The notes below the pieces were generated by a model. The model searched no databases. It was not told the DNA's origin and saw only the letters and a list, made by a program, of their open reading frames with translations. A stretch of DNA of 64,000 nucleotides. Source: Lawsonibacter sp. (GTDB taxonomy: Bacteria; Bacillota; Clostridia; Oscillospirales; Oscillospiraceae). The translations under genes and the position numbers were made by a program. The DNA is taken from the NCBI GenBank assembly GCA_022796195.1, contig JAAWIE010000004.1, positions 165-64,164 of the forward strand, read 5' to 3'. Below are positions 58,981 to 64,000 of the stretch, piece after piece. Numbering within the stretch: position 1 is the stretch's first letter; each line of letters begins with the position of its first letter.

Positions 58981-59831
58981 ACCGAACATTTTCTCAGCGC
59001 CGGGACCGGCTGTTGACCTACCGCGCCATGCGGGAGGGTAAAATTACCTCCTCCCGGCGGACCAAATGCCCCGCCTGCGGGGCGGAAAGCCCCAATTTGG
59101 AGTGGGAGCGCAAGTTACAGGTCTGTCCCAAATGCGGCTTCCACGCCCCGGTAGGGGCCTACTACCGGCTATCCAATATTTTGGATCCTGGTTCTTTCCA
59201 GGAACTGGAGGATAAATTATCCCCCGCCGACCCGCTCTCCTTCCCTGGCTACCCGGCCAAACTGGCTGAACTGGAGACCAAGACTGGCCTAAAAGATGCG
59301 GCAGTATCCGCCCTGGGAAAGATTGAAAATCACCGGGCCGTCTTTGCAGCGCTGGACAGCCGCTTCCTTATGGGGAGTATGGGCACGGCAGTAGGGGAAA
59401 AGGTTACGCGTGCCGCAGAATTTGCCGCAAAAAAGAAATTACCTCTGGTCATTTTTTCCGCCAGCGGCGGGGCGCGGATGCAGGAGGGAATTTTTTCCCT
59501 GATGCAGATGGCCAAAACCGCCGCCGCCATTCAGCGGTTCCAGAGCGGGGGCGGACTCTACATCTCCTGCCTCACCCATCCTACCACCGGCGGGGTAACC
59601 GCCAGCTTCGGCTCTTTAGGTGACATCATGCTGGCGGAACCGGGCGCTCTGATCGGCTTTGCTGGTCCTCGTGTGATTGAGCAGACCATCAAGGAACAGC
59701 TGCCCGAGGGATTCCAGCGTGCTGAATATCTGCTGGACCACGGCTTTCTAGACCAAATTGTCCCCCGGAGCCAGTGGCGCACCGTTCTGGCCCAGCTGCT
59801 GGCCCTCCACGAGAAGGGGGGACGTACATGA
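58977..59831 (+). CDS. accD: Acetyl-CoA carboxylase carboxyltransferase beta subunit
   Basis: Zn finger CPAC...CPKC, GSMG, SGGARMQEG, GFAGPRVI. Confidence 0.95.
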   Translation: MNRTFSQRRDRLLTYRAMREGKITSSRRTKCPACGAESPNLEWERKLQVCPKCGFHAPVGAYYRLSNILDPGSFQELEDKLSPADPLSFPGYPAKLAELETKTGLKDAAVSALGKIENHRAVFAALDSRFLMGSMGTAVGEKVTRAAEFAAKKKLPLVIFSASGGARMQEGIFSLMQMAKTAAAIQRFQSGGGLYISCLTHPTTGGVTASFGSLGDIMLAEPGALIGFAGPRVIEQTIKEQLPEGFQRAEYLLDHGFLDQIVPRSQWRTVLAQLLALHEKGGRT

Positions 59832-60652
59832 GCCGCTATTCTCCGGAAGAAAAAGTAAAAATCGCCCGCCACCCGGAGCGTCCCGGGACGGCGGACTTCA
59901 TTGAACATCTGTTTACCGATTTTTTTGAACAGCGCGGGGATCGTCTGTGCGGTGAAGATGCCAGCATCCTGGGCGGCATCGCTCGGTTCCATGGCCGTCC
60001 GGTCACCGTAATCGGCCACCGAAAGGGGAAAAATCTGGCAGAAAACCTTCGCTGCAACTTTGGCATGCCCTCCCCCGAGGGCTACCGCAAGGCCCAGCGG
60101 CTGATGCGGCAGGCGGAAAAATTTGGCCGGCCTATTTTTACCTTTGTAGACACCCCAGGGGCCTACCCTGGCAAAGAAGCGGAAGAACGGGGCCAGGGGG
60201 AGGCCATCGCCCAGTGTCTGGCCCTGATGAGTTCCCTTGAGGTCCCCATCCTCTCCGTCATCACCGGCGAGGGCGGAAGCGGCGGGGCCTTGGCCCTGGC
60301 CGTGGCTAACCGGGTGCTCATGCTGGAACACGCGGTATACTCCGTCCTCTCCCCCGAGGGCTTTGCCTCTATTTTGTGGAAGGACTCCAGCCGGGCCGGA
60401 GAGGCTTGCGCGGTGATGAAGCTCACCGCGCAGGACCTGCGCCGGGGCGGAATTGTGCAGGGAGTCCTTCGGGAACCGGAGGAGGGCGCCCACACCAACT
60501 GGGAGGCCGCCTTTCGCACGGTGGACGCCGCTCTGGTCAAGGAACTGGCCCTGCTGGATAAGCTGAAAGGACCCGCCCTGGTCCGGCAGAGATATGACAT
60601 GTTCCGCGCCATGGGACAGAATCTGCCCCTGGCGGGGAAGGAGGATTCATGA
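59828..60652 (+). CDS. accA: Acetyl-CoA carboxylase carboxyltransferase alpha subunit
   Basis: NFGMPSPEGYRKA, DTPGAYPG, GEGGSGGAL. Confidence 0.95.
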   Translation: MSRYSPEEKVKIARHPERPGTADFIEHLFTDFFEQRGDRLCGEDASILGGIARFHGRPVTVIGHRKGKNLAENLRCNFGMPSPEGYRKAQRLMRQAEKFGRPIFTFVDTPGAYPGKEAEERGQGEAIAQCLALMSSLEVPILSVITGEGGSGGALALAVANRVLMLEHAVYSVLSPEGFASILWKDSSRAGEACAVMKLTAQDLRRGGIVQGVLREPEEGAHTNWEAAFRTVDAALVKELALLDKLKGPALVRQRYDMFRAMGQNLPLAGKEDS

Positions 60653-61590
60653 GTGCGCCTCACATCTTAGCCACCGGCCGGTGTATGCCGGTTCGGGTGG
60701 TCACGAACGACGAGCTGAGTCATCAGGTGGACACCACAGACGAATGGGTATACAGCCGTACCGGTATTCACAGCCGGCACTTCTGCACGGACGAGACTGG
60801 AGTCAGTCTGGCCGCCGCCGCGGCCCGGCAGGCCATGGAGCGGGCGGGGGTGTGCGCGGCGGACATCGGAGTGTGTCTGGTGGGCACCTTTACTCCCGAC
60901 TTTGCCAGTCCCTCCACCGCCTGCCTGCTCCAGCGGGAGCTGGGACTTGAGGAGGATACCCTTTGCTTTGACTTAAACGCAGCCTGTGCCGGATTTTTAT
61001 ACGGCTTGAAAACAGCCCACGCCCTCCTCGCCGACGCTCCCCGGCCCTGCGCCCTGGTGGTAGGGAGCGAAGTCATCAGCCGGATGATGGACATGACCGA
61101 CCGCAACACCTGTGTCCTCTTTGGCGACGGAGCTGGAGCGGCGGTAATCCGAAGGGACGAGGACGCCGAATGGCACACTGTCTTCGGCTCCCGGGGCGAC
61201 CCCTCCAGCATCCGGGTCCAAGGACCGGGCCCCATCCCCTCCGCCATTCACATGGACGGAAAATCAGTGTTCCGTTTTGCGGTGGAAGTGGTAGAGCAGT
61301 CCATCCGCCAGCTTCTGGAGGCGGAAGGTCTGGCCTCCGTCAACGACTTGGACCTGGTGGTCTGCCACCAGGCCAACGCCCGGATCATCGACTATGTCGC
61401 CAAGCGTCTGAACACCCGGGAGGGCCTGTTTTTCAAGAATATGGACCGTCTTGGCAACACTTCCGCCGCCAGTATCCCCATTGCTCTGGATGAGCTGGCC
61501 GAGGCGGGATGGCTGCGGCCCGGTATGCGAATTTTGACGGTCGGCTTCGGCGGCGGACTGACCTGGGCTGGAGCCTTGCTGCGGTGGTAG
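60649..61590 (+). CDS. fabH: 3-oxoacyl-ACP synthase III
   Basis: RTGI, AACAGF, FGDGAGA, HQAN, GNTSAAS, FGGGLTW. Confidence 0.95.
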   Translation: MSAPHILATGRCMPVRVVTNDELSHQVDTTDEWVYSRTGIHSRHFCTDETGVSLAAAAARQAMERAGVCAADIGVCLVGTFTPDFASPSTACLLQRELGLEEDTLCFDLNAACAGFLYGLKTAHALLADAPRPCALVVGSEVISRMMDMTDRNTCVLFGDGAGAAVIRRDEDAEWHTVFGSRGDPSSIRVQGPGPIPSAIHMDGKSVFRFAVEVVEQSIRQLLEAEGLASVNDLDLVVCHQANARIIDYVAKRLNTREGLFFKNMDRLGNTSAASIPIALDELAEAGWLRPGMRILTVGFGGGLTWAGALLRW

Positions 61591-61651
61591 AACGTTCGCC
61601 CCGCTTGACCTGGAAGCCATCGGAACAGGAGTGCGCAAAAGGAGAAGTAAC

Positions 61652-62584
61652 ATGAAATTAAACGAAATTTTGGGGACTGAGTTCCCCATTATCCAGGGCG
61701 GAATGGCCAACATTGCCACCGGTGAGTTTGCCGCCGCCGTGTCCAACGCCGGGGCCTTGGGCCTCATCGGCGCGGGCGGGATGGATGCGGAGACCCTCCG
61801 CCAGCACATCCGCCGCTGTCGGGAGCTGACTGAAAAGCCCTTTGGGGTAAACATCATGCTGATGAATCCCGCCGCTCCGGAAATGGCTCAGGTGGTCATT
61901 GACGAGGGCGTCAAGGTGGTCACCACCGGCGCGGGCGTGCCCAGCCAGTTCGTCCCCGCCTGGAAAGAGGCAGGAGTCAAGGTGTTCCCTGTGGTTGCCG
62001 CCACCACTCTGGTAAAACGTCTGGAACCTCTAGGCGTGGACGGCTTCATCGCAGAGGGCACCGAATCTGGCGGCCATGTGGGTGAGCTGACCACCATGGC
62101 TCTGGTGCCCCAGGTCTGTGAAACTACCGATTTACCCGTCATCGCCGCAGGGGGCATTTCCTCTGGCCGTCAGTTGGCCGCGGCCTTCGCCCTGGGCGCC
62201 TGCGGAGCGCAGGTGGGCACCTGCCTGCTGGTCAGCGAGGAGTGCCCCATTCACGACAACTACAAACAGGCCATTTTGAAGGCCAAAGACAGCGACACCA
62301 CGGTCACCGGCCGGTCGGTAAACGCTCCTGTGCGTATTTTAAAGAACCAAATGTCCCGAGAGTATTTAAAGCGGGAGCGGGCAGGCGCCGGACGGATGGA
62401 GCTGGAACAGTTTACCCTGGGTTCCCTGCGCCGCGCGGTCTTTGATGGCGACGTAAAGACCGGCTCGCTCATGTGCGGTCAGAATGCGGGTCTGCTCCAT
62501 GAGCTGCGTCCCCTGCGGGCCATTCTGGAGGGCATGTGCGCCGGCTGTGACGAGACAGTCCGGATGCTGGCTCGGGAGGTCTGA
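61652..62584 (+). CDS. fabK: Enoyl-ACP reductase FabK
   Basis: PIIQGGMA, PFGVN, EGTESGGHVG, AAGGI; within fab cluster. Confidence 0.9.
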   Translation: MKLNEILGTEFPIIQGGMANIATGEFAAAVSNAGALGLIGAGGMDAETLRQHIRRCRELTEKPFGVNIMLMNPAAPEMAQVVIDEGVKVVTTGAGVPSQFVPAWKEAGVKVFPVVAATTLVKRLEPLGVDGFIAEGTESGGHVGELTTMALVPQVCETTDLPVIAAGGISSGRQLAAAFALGACGAQVGTCLLVSEECPIHDNYKQAILKAKDSDTTVTGRSVNAPVRILKNQMSREYLKRERAGAGRMELEQFTLGSLRRAVFDGDVKTGSLMCGQNAGLLHELRPLRAILEGMCAGCDETVRMLAREV

Positions 62585-62587
62585 GCG

Positions 62588-63529
62588 ATGAAACTGGCTT
62601 TTGTTTATGCTGGACAGGGCAGTCAGCATGTCGGAATGGGCAAGGACTTCTATGAGAACTATTCCCCATTCGCCAACATCTTTGACCATGCCCCGGTCTC
62701 GTTTGACTTGAAGCAGCTCTGCTTTGCAGGACCCGAGAACCAGCTGTCCCAAACCCGCTTCACACAGCCCTGTATGGCGGCTTTCGCCGTGGGGGTGACC
62801 GATCTGCTGTACCAGGAGGGCATACGGCCCCAAGCTGCGGCGGGCCTCTCTTTGGGGGAGTACTCCGCCCTGTATGCCGCCAGCGTGTTCAGCCGGGGTA
62901 CGGTCATCTCCCTCGTGGCATTCCGGGGTCAGGCTATGGAACAGGCCGCTGCCGGATTGAACTGCTCCATGACCGCCGTACTGGGCTTGGACCGCGAAAA
63001 GCTCCAGTCTGCCTGCGAGGGGGCGGCGGAACTGGGCGTGGTCCAAATTTGCAACTACAACTGCCCCGGCCAATTGGTCATCGGGGGCGAACAGGCGGCG
63101 GTGGACCGTGCAAGAGAACTGGCCAAGGAGTTGGGCGCCAAGCGGTGTATGCCGCTGAACGTAAGCGGCCCCTTCCACACCCGGCTGATGAAGCCCGCTG
63201 GAGACGCCCTGGCAGGCCGTTTTGCTATGATTGATGTTCAACCCATGGCCCTGCCCGTCTATTTCAACTGCAAAGGCGGCCCAATGGAGGAGGGCGATAC
63301 CATCCCCGCCTTGCTGGAGCGGCAGGTCCAGTCCCCTGTCTACTGGGAGGACACCATTCGCCGCATGGCGGCAGACGGTGTGGACACTGTGGTGGAGATT
63401 GGGCCCGGAAAGACGCTGTGCGGCTTCTTTAAAAAAACCGCCCCCCAGATCAAAACCTGGCACATTGACACGGTGGAAGACTTCCAAGCCGTGGTATCCG
63501 CCCTGAAAGGAGCAGCGGTATGCGTTTAG
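62588..63529 (+). CDS. fabD: Malonyl-CoA:ACP transacylase
   Basis: GQGSQ, TQP, GLSLGEY, VSGPFHT, EIGPG. Confidence 0.95.
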   Translation: MKLAFVYAGQGSQHVGMGKDFYENYSPFANIFDHAPVSFDLKQLCFAGPENQLSQTRFTQPCMAAFAVGVTDLLYQEGIRPQAAAGLSLGEYSALYAASVFSRGTVISLVAFRGQAMEQAAAGLNCSMTAVLGLDREKLQSACEGAAELGVVQICNYNCPGQLVIGGEQAAVDRARELAKELGAKRCMPLNVSGPFHTRLMKPAGDALAGRFAMIDVQPMALPVYFNCKGGPMEEGDTIPALLERQVQSPVYWEDTIRRMAADGVDTVVEIGPGKTLCGFFKKTAPQIKTWHIDTVEDFQAVVSALKGAAVCV

Positions 63530-64000
63530 AAGGAAATATTGCCCTGGTCACCGGAGGAAGCCGGGGGATCGGACGGGCCGTCTGTGCAGAACTGGCCCGG
63601 CAGGGGGCCTCAGTGGCGATCAACTATGCGGGGAACAGCGCGGCGGCGGAAGAGACGGCGGCGCTGTGCCGCCAACTTGGCGTGGAAGCAGAGATTGTTC
63701 AGGCCGACATATCCAGTCCCGCCGCCTGCGAAGAGTTGATTCAGTGTGTCAAGGCGCGCTTTGGGCGAGTGGATGTTCTGGTGAACAACGCGGGTATCAC
63801 CCGCGACGGCCTGCTAATGACCGCGAAAGAGGAAGACTTTGTTAAAACCTTGGACACCAATTTGAAAGGGGCCTATTTCTGCACCCAGGCGGCTTCCAAA
63901 GTCATGCTGCGGCAAAAATACGGGCGGATTATCTGCCTGTCCAGCATCGTGGGTCTGCGGGGCAACCCAGGACAGACCGCATACGCCGCCAGCAAGGCGG
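63520..64000 (+). CDS. fabG: 3-oxoacyl-ACP reductase (partial, runs off window)
   Basis: Hand translation from ATG 63520: MRLEGNIALVTGGSRGIG...VNNAGITRD...YAASKA; absent from the ORF track because it has no stop in the window. Confidence 0.92.
   Translation, partial: MRLEGNIALVTGGSRGIGRAVCAELARQGASVAINYAGNSAAAEETAALCRQLGVEAEIVQADISSPAACEELIQCVKARFGRVDVLVNNAGITRDGLLMTAKEEDFVKTLDTNLKGAYFCTQAASKVMLRQKYGRIICLSSIVGLRGNPGQTAYAASKA

Overview
Chromosomal, GC-rich, mostly housekeeping region. Gene content and order point to a spore-forming Clostridia bacterium, probably Oscillospiraceae-like (inference). In order: ECF sigma/anti-sigma pair; a DUF512-der-plsY-gpsA-alaX-tmk operon; a SleC-like spore cortex-lytic locus whose N-terminal pre-domain appears to be a separate gene; an amylosucrase/sugar-ABC/GH36 alpha-galactosidase cluster; nudix-walRK-yycH/I-like operon; CIRCE-controlled groESL; a SUV3-like helicase; a Cys T-box-controlled cysE-(SMI1-like fragment)-cysS operon; two tandem zinc-ribbon tail-anchored proteins; dipeptidase and tex; a lipoprotein plus two-component system; DUF1385-prmC-recA-recX; a ~2 kb accessory cassette (small divergent gene, 40-bp palindromic operator, XRE regulator, double-hairpin repeat doublet, BglII/BstYI-type nuclease, MT-A70 methyltransferase); rimO-pgsA-yitT; a 5-oxoprolinase (pxp) operon; tyrA; and the acp-acc-fab cluster running off the right end. 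Two families of short palindromic intergenic repeats recur, and one of them always sits right after a small accessory gene or gene remnant. No rRNA, tRNA, CRISPR array, transposase or integrase was recognised. All calls come from motif recognition by eye; no database searches were run.
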